Source of the DNA: Lama guanicoe
Taxonomy: Eukaryota
DNA length: 64,000 bases
Assembly (NCBI GenBank): GCA_013239625.1
Contig: MU056000.1
Location: 10,739,175 to 10,803,174 of the forward strand
Direction of reading: 5' to 3'
The position numbers were made by a program, and so were the translations under genes. The notes under the pieces were generated by a model. It worked only from the letters and a program-made list of their open reading frames with translations. It did not search any database and was not told where the DNA came from. How positions within the stretch are numbered: position 1 is the first letter of the stretch; the number at the start of each line of letters is the position of its first letter. Shown piece by piece: positions 39,641-52,502 of the stretch.

Positions 39641-39864
39641 TGTATGTCTATACTTATAGCAAAGACAGGCTCATTCTGTCTCTTCAGGAACTTCTTTTCC
39701 TCATCCAACAATGACTGAATACTTTTCTCCAAGTTAAATATTTCTATGTTCTTCATAATTACTAAAGACTATATAATATACCATTATAAATGGATACATT
39801 CTCATTGGAAGAATGATGAGCAGAAGTTTTAAATTTTAATGAAGTCTAATCTACCACTTAAAAA

Positions 39865-40600
39865 ATAGAGAAATGGAGAAAAAAGAATATATTTAAAATA
39901 ATTGATCCCCAAGGAAGAAAAAATACTTAAAAATCTCTTATTTTAAGAATCAGAAAAAGATGTTAGAAAATCCTCTAACATCCTCTCTTCAAAAGGACAC
40001 TGGAGGAATTCATTGTTATGTAACAAAGACAGTAATTAAAAGGAAAAAAAGGCAGCGTTTAAGAAAAAACAGGATAATATGAAAGTAGATATAAAAGAGA
40101 AAAGAAAATTTTAATGAACTAAATCTATAATACCACATTTAAAATTCAAATAGGCACTGTGGAAAATAAAATTTAGAAGCCTTTAAAGAAAAAGACCAAG
40201 TTGAGGAAATAATGACATAGAAAATCACAGAGACATCCAACACGAAAATTATAGGAGTAAATCAGATAACTGGAACATAGCTTCCGTATAGGAAAGGCAA
40301 TAAAGATTACTTTCTTAAATGTGCTCACTCTATTTCAGATGAAATAACTGAAGAGAAATACATAGCTAGAGAAATCCTGATTAAAATTTTGAACTGGGTA
40401 GATGGAGAAAAAAAATTACCCAAGATTCCAATAGAAAAGTATTACTTTTCTGCAAATCTAAAGACTATAGACGGTGGGGAGAAATCTATAGGAAAACTGT
40501 GTGATCAAATAGTTTTATGCATGGAGAAGTTGTCTCTCATAGGAAAGGCATGAGAAATACACTATCAGGTATGCAAGCTTTCAAAATATAAATGAAGAAC
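39865..40600 (+). mobile_element. Decayed old L1M ORF1-region fragment
   Basis: A-rich sense strand with gacatccaacacgaaaattataggagt and atacatagctagagaaatcctgattaaaattttgaac. Confidence 0.45.
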
Positions 40601-40621
40601 TCAAGAATGTGGATGTCATAT

Positions 40622-41060
40622 TCTTTTTTTGTTGAAATATAATTGATGTACAATATTATTTTCGTCTCAAGTGTACTACTCAGTGATTTGACATTTGCAT
40701 ACATTATGAAATGATCACCACAATAATTCTAGTAACCATCTGTCCCCATACAAAGTTATTACCATATTACTGACTATATTCCTTATGCTGTATTTTACAT
40801 CCCCATGTTTTATTTATTTTGTAGCTAGAATACCTCTTAATCCCCTTCACCTATTTCATATTTCATATATTTTTTTAAATTGAAGTATACTCAGTTACCA
40901 ATGTGTCAATTTCTGGTGTACAGCATGATGTTTCAGTCACACATAGACAAACATATATTCATTTTCATATTCTTTTTCATTATAGGTTACTACAAGATAC
41001 AGAATATATTTCTCTGTGCTAGACAGAAGAAATTTGTTTTTTATCTATTTTTTATTTTGT
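40622..41060 (-). mobile_element. Two adjacent L1 3'UTR fragments (~40622-40858 and ~40868-41060)
   Basis: Two separate T-tract + ttgaa(a/g)tata starts with different 3'UTR types. Confidence 0.8.
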
Positions 41061-41749
41061 ATACATTTGAGTTGAAAATTGGAATGTTAAACCAGGAACC
41101 CTTTGTGTTTTACTTGATGTTGTACTGACTCAGGAGGTCACGGGTGAGACTTGAGATTCCTTGCTTTCTTCTTAGCTTTGAGGGGGGCTTCTTTTTCTAT
41201 AACAGGAAACGTGTTTCCCAATGTGCCTCTTTGTCAACCCACTGTTCAGATTGACTTCTTGACATACTTGATAACTATATTAAAAAAAAAGGAATTACTG
41301 TACTTTTCACTTTTCAGTGCTTGCTAAGAATGCATCAACTAATAATACAGCAGGACATACTGTGAGGAGGATTGTTAAACAAAAAGCCTTTTTGCTCTCA
41401 CAAAAGCAGAGCTGCAGAGAATTCCACAATGGTCATTTAGTTGCCAAGGAATTTTAACAGTTTTTGGCATATTGTATTACATGGGCTGAGCCATTTTTAA
41501 AACTATTCAAATAGCAGATATTTATAGGCACCAAACTCTTGTTCAAATAATACTCAATTTGGATCTGTGTATATTACTATTCTTAAGTATCTATATATAC
41601 ATTCCTGAGCTATAATCTCAACCACGTAAAAAAGGCATAGAAAGCACTTTAAGAAAATTCACTGAAGAGTTGTTATCTTGGCAGTTTGAGGTATAAAAAA
41701 TTAACATTTTCCCCCCTGCATTATTACAGCAATTTTCCCTCTCTCCTAA

Positions 41750-42270
41750 GTAATACATTTCCTGGTGCTGTTCTGATCATTCTCATCAGCGTATAAACAT
41801 GCTGGTGGAGCTCCTCCCAACAGAAAAGCCTTGTTCTGACCTTATTTCCTACCTAGCGGTCACCCCGTTTTTCTGCTTCTTTCTGTATCAAAACCTTGGG
41901 AGAGCTGTCGAGGTACTTGCAGTCTCTGATAACCACTCTCCAAGTCTGTCTTAAATCTCCCTAATCAGGTTGCTTCACTGAACATTTCTGGTCGAGGTCT
42001 CCCATGGCGCCAGGTTGTCAAGTCCACCAGTCAGCTCTCCTTCCTCATCCTACTTGACCAATCAGCAGTGAGGGACACATCAGCCAACCCTCCTCCTTCA
42101 CACACTCCTACAACTGCTCTTCCTGGTTTCTTCCTGCATCCCTGTCCTTTCCTAAGTCCTCCTTCCCCCCGGCCTTTCACAGTTGCAGGGCCCTTAGGCT
42201 CAGTCCTGCATCCTCTTCTCTATCTATATTCACTCCCTTGGTGATTTCATGTGGTCGCCGTGTTTTAAAC
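41750..42270 (+). mobile_element. L2 fragment, followed by a short reverse MLT1 piece (~42275-42380)
   Basis: ctcatcctacttgaccaatcagcag...tcctcttctctatctatattcactcccttggtgatttcat. Confidence 0.65.
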
Positions 42271-42702
42271 AAAGCTGTACGAGTTTCTAAGACTATTGTA
42301 GCATATTAACGCAGACTTGGTGATTTAAAAGCATTATTCTCTCTCAGTTCTGGAGGCTAGATGTCCGAAATCCAGCAGGACTGGAGGTAACAGCTCTCTG
42401 GGTGAAAAACTTGTAGATAATGCTCAGGAAGAAATAGACTCCCTCTATGAGAACAGCTTTCTAAATCCTGACTCCAGGGGTCTCCAGAAAAGTAAACATA
42501 ATCAAAAGCAATTCGCTCCCTTTCTCCCCTTATTTTTGCAAGGACAGAAGAACCCAGAGCATGGGCTATGCAGGTAGGAGGGGCTTTATCTGCTGGGAGA
42601 GACTCCTAGACTCTGCTGCCCCAGCATCTAATTCTCTCTGAGGTTACCACCAGGTAATCCATTAGTGTTTTCACTATGTGTACTCTTCAAAACCTTTTCA
42701 TT

Positions 42703-42744
42703 GTAAAATGACTGTAACTCAATAAAAAAAGTTAAAAAAACCCC
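42703..42744 (+). mobile_element. Ultra-short L1 3' tail insertion (type B)
   Basis: gtaaaatgactgtaactcaataaaaaaagttaaaaaaa flanked by aaccttttcatt (42691-42702) / aactttttcatt (42745-42756). Confidence 0.7.
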
Positions 42745-43419
42745 AACTTTTTCATTTGCAACATTTTCTTTGAGTCTTATAATAGCTTTACCTTGCAGTT
42801 GGTAGGGCTGAGGATTTCTGTGGCATTCTCCAGATGGAAAATCTGAGCTTCAGGGAGGTGAAGTCCTGTCCAGTCCAATAATAACAGGTCGAGCCAGACC
42901 TCAAGTTCTGACACAAGCTCCCTGATCCTCCCTCTCTTAGGATGCTTGTTGCTTATTTATTTTGTGTTGAACCCAAACTCCATGAGTACCATTTCTGTGT
43001 TCAAATTGAGTTACAGTACATGTTTGCAAAAGGTTAGGGACGTTTTCATCTCCTTTCTCCACCCACCATATTTAAACTTGACAGTCCAGCTGTAACACAT
43101 TTTACTCTTTATCAGCAGAAGCCTCTTTATTTTCTGTTTAAATCAAAACAAGAGTTCATCAAGTGAGTCTGCAATAAGCATGCTGTAAATAAACAGCTGT
43201 AAAATGAAGATGTATTGAGTTGAGAACAGTGGGAAATTGATCTGACTGTATTTTATGAATTGTGCTAAAATTTTCAGCATGGGTTATAGAAATGATTTAC
43301 AATTTCTTGCACATCAGTGTAGAATAAGTCATTGAAGCAGGTTATTTACTTGGATTTTCAGAGGGGTGGTAGTTCATCTGCTTGAGGTCTCAGAAATGAA
43401 GAACTTACGATTCAATTTT

Positions 43420-43600
43420 CTAGTGGGGAAGGGCACAGACTTTGGACTAAGACAGAACTGAGCTTGCTGCTCAGCTGTACTATGAACAAACTATGACTCT
43501 CTAATACTTTACTTAATCCTCAGTTTCTCCATCTGTAAGATGGGGCTAATACCAGTACTTATCCTATAGGATTATTAATATATAAAAAGAGAGTTCGGGT
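43420..43600 (+). mobile_element. MIR SINE
   Basis: cacagactttggactaagacaga...cctcagtttctccatctgtaagatggggctaata. Confidence 0.8.
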
Positions 43601-44509
43601 ACAATTCAGTGGTATTGAGGCCACGGACTTAGGATGCTGAATCCTGTCCTGGTTGGGATCCTTCCTGGCTCACACATTTCCAGAAGGTTTATAAACACCA
43701 AGAAGAAGAGCAGATGAGTGATTTTATGTTTTGGCCAGATTTTGTTTTGCTTTCATTAGGAGAATTAGTCCACATAACTTAGCCTGTAATTAGTTGAACC
43801 GAGTCTTAGTTGTGTTGGTTGTTTTGTTATTGATTTTGATGGAGTTACCTTTTTCTGAAGATGAACAGTAAAGCCAGTGAAATCCATGTTTATCCCTGCA
43901 GCTGTGTTTCTTTAGCTTTAAGATGAATTTCTTGGCCAGAGGCAACATTGTGTGGAATCCCACGTGATGGACAGAGCTCAGTAGGAACCTCTAAGTGCTT
44001 CTCCCCTGCTCCCCCCGTGGCCTGAAAACTTTGACCTACCATGAGGACTTGTCCCTCTGAAATGTGGTGTCTTATTCCAGGCCTGGGCGGGAAAATCAGG
44101 AACTTGTAGTCACTGCAGCCAAGTTGGCTTTTGAGAGGAGCCTTTTGTTGTTATGAAGACCATGCACAGTCCACTCTGCCATCCTAGCTGCTTTGTTCAT
44201 GAGTCCACTGAGGGAGGAAAGTGGCGAACATTTGCAGAGTCGTTCATCTTGGTGGATGAAGGCAGGTCTCTTTGCTGTAGACTAATGGAGTGAAGTGTTA
44301 TAACAGTCTTTCTTAAAGATTTCTTAAACCTTTCTATTTAAGAGATTCCAGTTAGTAAAATGACACATATTTGAAAAGTGTGAAGAATAATAAACTCTCC
44401 AGTTTTTGGTTTTAGTCCAGCTCCTGTCTTTCAGGCCTGGAGTTCTGGTGATATCAATTGTGGCCGGTTTCATTATAGGCCCCAGCGAGCACTTCATCCT
44501 TCCCTGCAT

Positions 44510-44875
44510 CCCTCATTCATCATGGTGGACAGTATTCCCTTCCCTCTTGACTCTCAGCTTGCGCACATGATTTTCACTGGCCAGTGGTATGTGGGTGGAA
44601 ATGAAAGTGTGCCAGTCCCATCCTAGGCTTCCAGGGGCCTCATGCTTTCCCACTTTCCTTTCCACACCTCTACTGTGTTTTGAAGAGATCATGTCCTGCT
44701 AGTCCACTGGTACCAGGAAGATGAAGGACATGGGGAGCAGAGCCATTCCAACTGTGGGGCCACCCAAGTGAGCTTAGCTTACATCAGCACTCTCCCAACT
44801 GGCAGGAGGATGGATGAATGATACCACATGATTGTTTTAAGCTGCTGAGTTTTGCAGAAATGTCATACTAGTACA
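44510..44875 (+). mobile_element. MLT1H/I/J-type MaLR LTR
   Basis: tggccagtggtatgtgggtggaaatgaaagtgtgccagtccc...ggggagcagagcc...tgattgttttaagctgctgagtttt. Confidence 0.65.
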
Positions 44876-46974
44876 GAAATTAAGCAGACTCTTAGTTGGC
44901 TCCGTATCTGTTTCATTCTCACAAACCTCATGTACTGGGGTGGAATCTCTTTAGGCATCATAGGGGTTCCTATCTCACCTGACTGCGTTCAAGTGGATGT
45001 ACAAGAATGAGTGCGTGTGTATTCTTTTGACTCAAGTCTTATTTTCATCTCTCCTTTGCGTATAATCATTGCCGCTTGGGATCAGTCAGCTCCAGCACCA
45101 GCCATCTCCATTGCTGTCAATAATCTCATTTTGATGACTTTTCTATTATTGTTATATTCCAAGTCACATACAGAGGGCTGCTCATTACCCGTAGTCTCTT
45201 AACAGCTGGGAAGAGGAACGGGTGGCAGCCTCTCTCCCACAGTCTTTGTTTTCTGTCCGCCTCCTGCATCAACCATCAGCCAGGGTTTGATTCATTCTCC
45301 AATCACTAAAATGCGTCTTAGGTAAGCTTGCTCCATTAAAATGAACTTGGCTTGATCTGAATTTGTACTTTGTCCTCCTTGGATGAGCTTTTATAAATTC
45401 TGTAGCAGCATGACCTCTCTCTAGTCTTCAACAATCTTCTTTATACCATACCTATGATTTCTTTTGAGTATAATTCTCCTTTATCCAATTAAAAATTCAT
45501 TCCTAAGCCTTATGCTGTGTTCGTATCCTCTTGGGCGTGGATAAGCCACAATAAGGCAGACTGACTCATTTGCTGATTCGTGGGGAATGTCTGGAGAATC
45601 CCATGATTTGGGGCTCTCCCATTGTGAGACTATTGTTTTTGCCTTTTTCTTTTTATGTGAAACCCTGGACACACAGGAGTCCAAAAGACTATGATCATTA
45701 GTAGCTCTTCATGATTGTCATCAACCTTTGGCCTTGGTTTGCTCCCCAGGGCTGTCCAGCTGAGCAGGAAACTTTTCCTGAAGCAGAGTTACACAATTGT
45801 CAGCTCCACGTCCTCATATACGTCCACTGGGCAACTTGGGACCAGCTCTCCTCTGGCAAACAGTCTGATACTGTGGGAGGTGTCTTCCAGCCCTGATCAT
45901 TTGAGTTTCTTACTGCTTTTAAGTTGGCCCTTAACACAAGGGATTGGAAGGCACAGCTGTCAATTGCTTTGTGTGGTGAGGCGTGGACTGTCTGCTTTCC
46001 ATGTAGGGAAGAGGAGAACCTCACAGCCCGCTCCTGTTTCAGGCCTTAATGTTCATTTTATATCTTCTTTGAAAAGTTGTTTAGAGTCTGCATCTTAGCA
46101 GTCTTTTCTGTGTCTTAAGGAACTGAAAATGACACACATAAGCTGCTTCCAGAAAAGGCTGTTTACTTTAAGAATATAAGCAGCCTCAAGTTGGAACAGG
46201 ACACTCACTGGGAATTGCAGCCCTCTTGGGCCCCTGCTGGCCTTCTCGTCTCCTTCATGGTTCACATGATCTTTTTTCTTGTGGCATCTCTGTTTTCCCC
46301 CAGAGTCTGCTCTGTTTTCCATCTGCTGCCAACTAGCCAACCTTCTTCTTATACCAACTAGCCAATCCTCTCCTTAACCTCTAGTGAAAGCACAGTTGAC
46401 TTGTTAACTACCATCATAATGGTTCCCCTTATGTGAGGCCACCGCCTTGGTCTCTGGCCTGCCTCGGGTCAGACACTCACACCTGCTCCAAGCAGTTTAC
46501 CCCAAGTAGGGACCAATTTAACCTGGAATGGGGAGGAGAGAGTGGGGAAGCTTGGTGGGCATCACAAGGGACATGTCCTCCACCCTTATGTCCCAACATG
46601 TTCCCAGAGTCACCTATATTCCCTAAATGAAGAATAAGAATGAAGACTATTTTCTGCGTTGGTGCATGGCCTGAAACATCCCCTCTGAGCATGACTTTTT
46701 GGGCAGCTGGCTTCATGCCTCACTGGCCTAGGGGTCAGTGGGGGCACTCTGACCGCTTTTCCTGGGCACTACAAGGCCATCGCTTCTGACATCGCACTGC
46801 TTTTCCTGACTTGATCTGGCCATTGATCCTGGCCCCCTCAGTTCTCTTAGCTAGTGATCAAGACAGTGCTAATGAATCTATGAGATTTTCCTTGTCTACC
46901 TTTACTGCCCGAGACTGAGCGTCAAATCCATCATCAAGATGGATCCTGTGGGTAATCAAAGTAGGCAGTTCATT

Positions 46975-47740
46975 GATTCATTTTCACTCAGTGCATATTT
47001 AAAGAACACTTTGAACGGCATTGGGGGTTTACGGCAGTGAATGAAAGCCACCGTAATCTATCAGAGACTAAAAATGCCAAGTATTTAAAAGGGTTATGAG
47101 TGTTGTAAAGGTCAAATAATGGGTATTTCTATCAGAGAGGGAAGGATTTGGCAGCTGATGCTCATTCATTCACTCATTTGTGCATTTATGAAAACATATT
47201 TGCCGAACAGCTACTATGTGCTAAGCACTGATCTGGCTACTGGCATCTATTAATGAACAAAATTTATGTCAAAACAAGGAAAACAAGAACATTTCAAGGT
47301 ATGAATAAGTCTCAAGAGGAAAGCAAGGTGAGGGGCAGGATAGTGATGGAGGCAAGATGCCACTTTTCACACGTGCCCACAGCAGGCTTCTCTGAAGATG
47401 GGAAAATTGATGTAAGCCCTGGTTGAAGTGAGGGAGGAAACCCTGTGAGTATCTAGGTGCAGGTATTCCAAACAGAGGGACTAGCAAGAACAAAATCCTG
47501 AGTCTGGAGTGTGCTCAGCATGTTTGAAGACAGCAAGGGGGCCAGCACATTGGAGTCGGGTGCCGAGAGGAAAAGGAGAAGAGGCAAGGTGTCCACCTGG
47601 AGGCATCATCTGGGACCAGATCCTGCAGGACCTCCTAAGCTGTGGGAAGGATGCTGTTCTAGTGAGACAGCTTTGAGCCGGGGAGCGACACAATCTGAGG
47701 TATGTTTTAGAAAGATCATCACAGCTACCTTGTGGAGAAC
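46975..47740 (-). mobile_element. L2 fragments
   Basis: cattcattcactcattt...ctactatgtgctaagcactg...caaacagagggactagcaagaacaaaatcctgag...tgttttagaaagatcatc. Confidence 0.7.
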
Positions 47741-48890
47741 GCGTTATACTCCTGAGTCAATTTATGGCTGTTTGTTTGAAGAAACTGCATTTTACTTACT
47801 GGCTTGCAAATCCGAATTATGATCTATGAACTGCAGAGTAGGCTTAGATCCACTTTTCTCTTAACCAGAAATTTTCTGAATTGCTATACCGAGGTGAAGG
47901 CAGATTTATTGGTGTGAAATAACTAAACCATGACAATTCCATTAAGAAGATCTGATAGTATCTTTATAATGGCTGGGACTTTCTAAACATAAAAGGACAA
48001 AATGATATTACCCCCTTTTTCTACTAGCTCATATGCTGTTTGGCTCCCATCTGTGAACACTTTATTGGTTCTCTTGCTTATGAGGGTATCAAAGCAAGTC
48101 AGCTTCAGTTCTCATCAGTCATCCAGCCATATTCCATCCAGCAGGTCATGAAAAAAAATGAAACAACAGACCCAGGAGAAAGGAAGGCTTCTACTGCATT
48201 TGCCCAGACAGCGTATGCTCTAGTTCAATGTAAAAAAAGTGGCTGGGGTTAAGGGCTGCCTGTCCAGAGTGGGTCTTGACCATGTGCTAGGTGAAGACTT
48301 AGCAAAAAGCAAGAGCGTTTTGCTGACTAAGCAAGTATTTTGTCAAAACAAAAGTGCTTTATGAAAAGCAGCAATTTTTTTTTGAAAGGGCTGCCAAATG
48401 ACATTTTGGGCAGATGCTATTAATTTTCTTTTGAATAATTCACTAAAGGAAGAGTCTTACCGTCCTCAGTAACTAATTTAACAAAATCCCAAGCAGCAAA
48501 GCCATGGACAAGAAAGACCTATGCTGATTTAACAGCTCTTTAGATTGGGCCCTTTCTATGGGTTTGGTGTATCCTGGCGGCATGGCTAAGTTCTACTGAA
48601 GGTTTTCTAGCATGGACTAGATTGTATTTTGGTAGCATTCTTGAAGGATCGATGGTAAACTTGGAAAAGATGATTGGATCAGATGCCTTTTAAAGTCTAT
48701 TTCAATTCTGAGATTCAATGATTATAGGATAGAATCTTTCAAGTGCAGAGGTCTTGAGCTCTGCTTTCTATGATCTAATCTCTTGTGATTCAAAATTGAT
48801 CTATAGAACATCTTTTGAGTTTCTACATGAGTTAGAGAAAAGCAATTTTCTTTCTGAGAAAAGAATGCTTCCACCCTTGAATGTTCCATC

Positions 48891-49100
48891 TTTTTTTTTT
48901 TAACATTTTTTATTGATTTATAATCATTTTACAATGTTGTGTCAAATTCCAGTGTAGAGCACAATTTTTCAGTTATACATGAACACATATATATATTCAT
49001 TGTCACATTTTTTTCTCTGTGAGCTATCATAAGATCTTGTGTGTATTTCCCTGTGCTATACAGTATAATCTTGTTTATATATTCTACAATTTTGAAATCC
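48891..49100 (-). mobile_element. Young L1 3'UTR fragment (type B) with TSD
   Basis: Poly-T + aacattttttattgatttataatc. Direct repeat tccatcttttttt at 48885-48897 and 49098-49110. Confidence 0.9.
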
Positions 49101-49149
49101 ATCTTTTTTTAATGATGAAGAAAGAAATATGCCTGTGAAAACCTTGTGA

Positions 49150-49360
49150 GACAGCAGCTGCCTGAAAGGACTGCAATGACAAAACGTTCTATATCTGTGC
49201 TGTTGCAGGCGATTGCCATTAGAAATGTAGGGATATTGAGCTTTTGAATGTGGCTTGTGGGACTGAGGAATGAATTTTAGTTTTTATATAATTTAATTAA
49301 TTTAAATTTAAGTGTACATAGCCACAGGTAGTTGATGGCCCATCTATTGGACAGTACAGT
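49150..49360. mobile_element. MER3-like hAT-Charlie MITE
   Basis: ctgcaatgacaaaacgttctatatctgtgctgt...gactgaggaatgaatttt...tattggacagtacag. Confidence 0.75.
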
Positions 49361-49543
49361 TCCAAGATAACCTGAAGAATTGTTCTATACTTAATAACAC
49401 AGTAGGATTGAAAATTCAGACATTTCTATTTGCCCCTAAGACAAGTAAGCATGATTATTTACCCACATTTTAGCTCCAGTCCTGGTATGTATGTCTGCAT
49501 GTACATATACACTACTCTCTTTCTGTCTCTCAATCATCTATTA

Positions 49544-49599
<56 letters not shown>
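49544..49599. repeat. (TCTG)3(TCTA)11 tetranucleotide STR
   Basis: Direct unit count. Confidence 0.95.
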
Positions 49600-49713
49600 A
49601 TGTTTTCAATAGCACACTTTGTAACACTTGGAGGGAAATGTGAAGGACTGGAGGACAGAAAGAATATGATGAAGGTTCCTTGCGTGCATTTTAAAGATAA
49701 AATTATTTTTTAA

Positions 49714-51566
49714 GTGAGCTACCACAATATCTTGTATATATTTCCCTGTGCTATACAGTATAATCTTGTTTATCTATTCTACATTTTGAAATCCCAGTCT
49801 GTTCCTTCCCAGCCCCCACCCCCTTGGCAATCACAAGTTTGTGCTCTATGTCTATGAGTCTGTTTCTGTTTTGTATTTATTTTTTTTTTAAATTCCACAT
49901 ATGAGCGATCTCATATGGTATTTTTCTTTCTGTTTCTGGCTTACTTCACTTAGAATGACATTCTCCAGGGACATTCATGTTGCTGCAAATGTCATTATGT
50001 TGTCAGTTTTTATGGCTGAATAGTATTCCATTGTATAAATATATCACATCTTCTTTATCCAGTCATCTGTCAATGGACATTTAGGCTGTTTCCATGTCTT
50101 GGCTATTGTAAATAGTGCTGCTATGAACATTGGGGTGCAGGTGTCTTTTTGAAGTAGGGTTCCTTCTGGATATTTGCCCAGGAGTGGGATTCCTGGGTCA
50201 TATGGTAAGTCTATTCCTAGTCTTTTGAGGAATCTCCATACTGTTTTCCACAATGGCTGCATCAAACTGAACTCCCACCAACAGTGTAGGAGGGTTCCCT
50301 TTTCTCCACAGCCTCTCTAGCATTTTTCATTTGTGGACTTTTGAATGATGGCCACTCTGATTGGTGTGAGGTGATACCTCATTGTAGTTCTGATTTGCAT
50401 TTCTCTGATAATTTGTGATATTGAGCATTTTTTCATGTGCCCATTGATTGTTGTGTTTCTTCCTTGCAGAATTGCTTGTTTAGGTCTTCTGCCCATTTTT
50501 GGATTGGGTTGTTTGATTTTTTTCTTATTATGTCGTATGAGCTGCTTATATATTCTGGAGATCAAGCCTTTGTCAGTTTCATTTGCAAAAATTTTCTCCC
50601 ATTCCATAGGTTGTCACTTTCTTTTACTTATGGTTTCCTTTGCTGTGCAGAAGCTTGTAAGTTTCATTAGGTCCCATTTGTTTATTCTTGCTTTTATTTC
50701 TATTGCTTGGGTAGACTGCCCTAGGAGAACATTTTTGAGATGTATGTGAGATAATGTTTTGCCTATATTTTCTTTTAGGACGTTTATTTTATCTTGTCTT
50801 ATGTTTAAGTTTTTGATCCATTTTGAGTTTATTTCCATGTATGGTGTAAGGGAGTGTTCTAGCTTCCTTGATTTACATGCTTCTGTCCAGTTTTCCCAAC
50901 ACCATTTGTTGAAGAGACTGTCTTTATTCCACTGTATATTCTTGCCTCCTTTGTCAAAGATTAGTTGACCAAAAGCTTGTGTATTCATTTCTGGGCTCTC
51001 TATTCTGTTCCATTGGTCCATATGTCTGTTTTTGTACCAATACCATGCTGTTTTGATTACTGTAGCTCTATAGTATTGTCTGAGTTCTGGGAGAGTTATT
51101 CTTCCAGCCTCTTTCTTTTTCTTCAGTAATGTTTTGACAATTCTAGGTCTTTTGTGGTTCCGTATAAATTTTATTATGAGTTGTTCTAGTTCTGTAAAAT
51201 AAGTCCTGGTTAATTTGATAAGGATTGCATTAAATCTGTAGATTGCCTTGGGCAGTATGACCATTTTAACAATACTGGTTCTTCCAATCCAGGAGCATGG
51301 ATATCTTTCCATTTTTTTAAGTCTTCTTTAATTTCCTTAATCAGTGTTTTATAGTTTTCCATGTATAGGTTTTTCACCTCCTTGGTTAGATTTATTCCTA
51401 GGTATTTTATTACTTTGGGTGCTATTTTAAAGGGAATTGTTTCTTGACTTTCTTTTTCTGTTGATTCATTATTAGTGTAAAGAAATGCAACTGACTTTTG
51501 AACGTTAATCTTGTATCCTGCTACCTTGCTGGGTTCTTTGATTATTTCTAGTAGTTTTTGTGTGGC
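49714..51566 (-). mobile_element. L1 fragment (~1.85 kb), truncated at both ends
   Basis: Contiguous L1 from the end of the RT domain into the 3'UTR; lacks the final ~125 bp and the poly-A. Confidence 0.97.
50044..51564 (-). pseudogene. Disrupted L1 ORF2p C-terminal part (late RT motifs to Cys-rich domain)
   Basis: Manual translation gives SKVAGYKINVQKS and IKYLGINLTKEVK, then a frameshift near 51300. ORFs 50614-51312 (PCSWIGR...[11 protein letters not shown]...[16 protein letters not shown]), 50317-50607 and 50044-50265 follow, broken by stops/frameshifts. Confidence 0.95.
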
Positions 51567-52502
51567 AAAATTATCATTTTTAAAGGGAAATACAAAAGAA
51601 AGTGGGCATAGAGTTGTGTAAGCAGTCTACTTGTTTTGTTTTTAACACTTCATTAGGGCAAGTCAGCTTTAATGGTGCCTGGAAATTGACTTGGAAGATT
51701 GAAATCATATACTTCCTAGAAGCAATTCAAGATCTCAAAGCAATAATTTCTAGGCCTTATGATATTCACAGTACTTTGTGCTCTGTAACATATAGACAAA
51801 GGTAAAGAAAAAGTGTTAACCACATTTGAGTCCTGTGTTCACTTTTCATAACTCTGGTGCTTTTTTGTAATGACTTTGAAGAATGAGAGCTTTTTTTTTT
51901 TTTGAATGTTATGTCCTGCTTAACAGTGAAAACAGAGTGCAACCAAAACCAACGGAGAGAAATAATGAATAGACATTTGAGTACTTTAATTTGTATAATT
52001 TCTAAAAATAGCCTCAGTACTAATAGAAGCACATCAAACTATTAAGTGATTCCAAATCCTTTAACAGAGGCGGAGAAAGATAAAGGAGCCCATGAGGGAG
52101 AAATTCAGAAGTGACCATCTGAATTTTCACTACTGTCAAAAAATGAGAGCTTTTAAAGGGGGAAAAGATTCATGGCTGGAGTGGATTTTGATAAGCGCTT
52201 ATAAGAGACTATTAGCTTAGTGGGTATAGAGTAGAAATAAGAATATTAAAATTTTTAATAAGTTCTTCATTTAACCCCACTGAACATGCTATTATGCAAG
52301 GAACCTTAATCTTAAACTCAAATCATTGTTGCTCCAGTATTTCTCTTCTTTAGCTGATTCTCCTTACAGGTTGATATTGAACTTGAACTTTAAATGGCTC
52401 CTTATTGCTTGCAAAATCAAGACACATTCCATAAATACCTGCTTCTTACAATTTTTGCTGAAGTATATCTAATGGCAGGGACTTATGTAATAAAAACATA
52501 AA

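Noticed and set aside
45700..45900. Minus-strand PAQLDSPGE as a Gypsy/retroviral protease remnant
   Set aside because: Not a true D[ST]G motif, and no supporting gag/RT motifs nearby. It would need a Dfam or tBLASTn hit.
50614..51312. 232-aa ORF as a host gene or active L1
   Set aside because: Internal fragment of a frameshifted, doubly truncated L1 ORF2 with no promoter, ORF1 or endonuclease.
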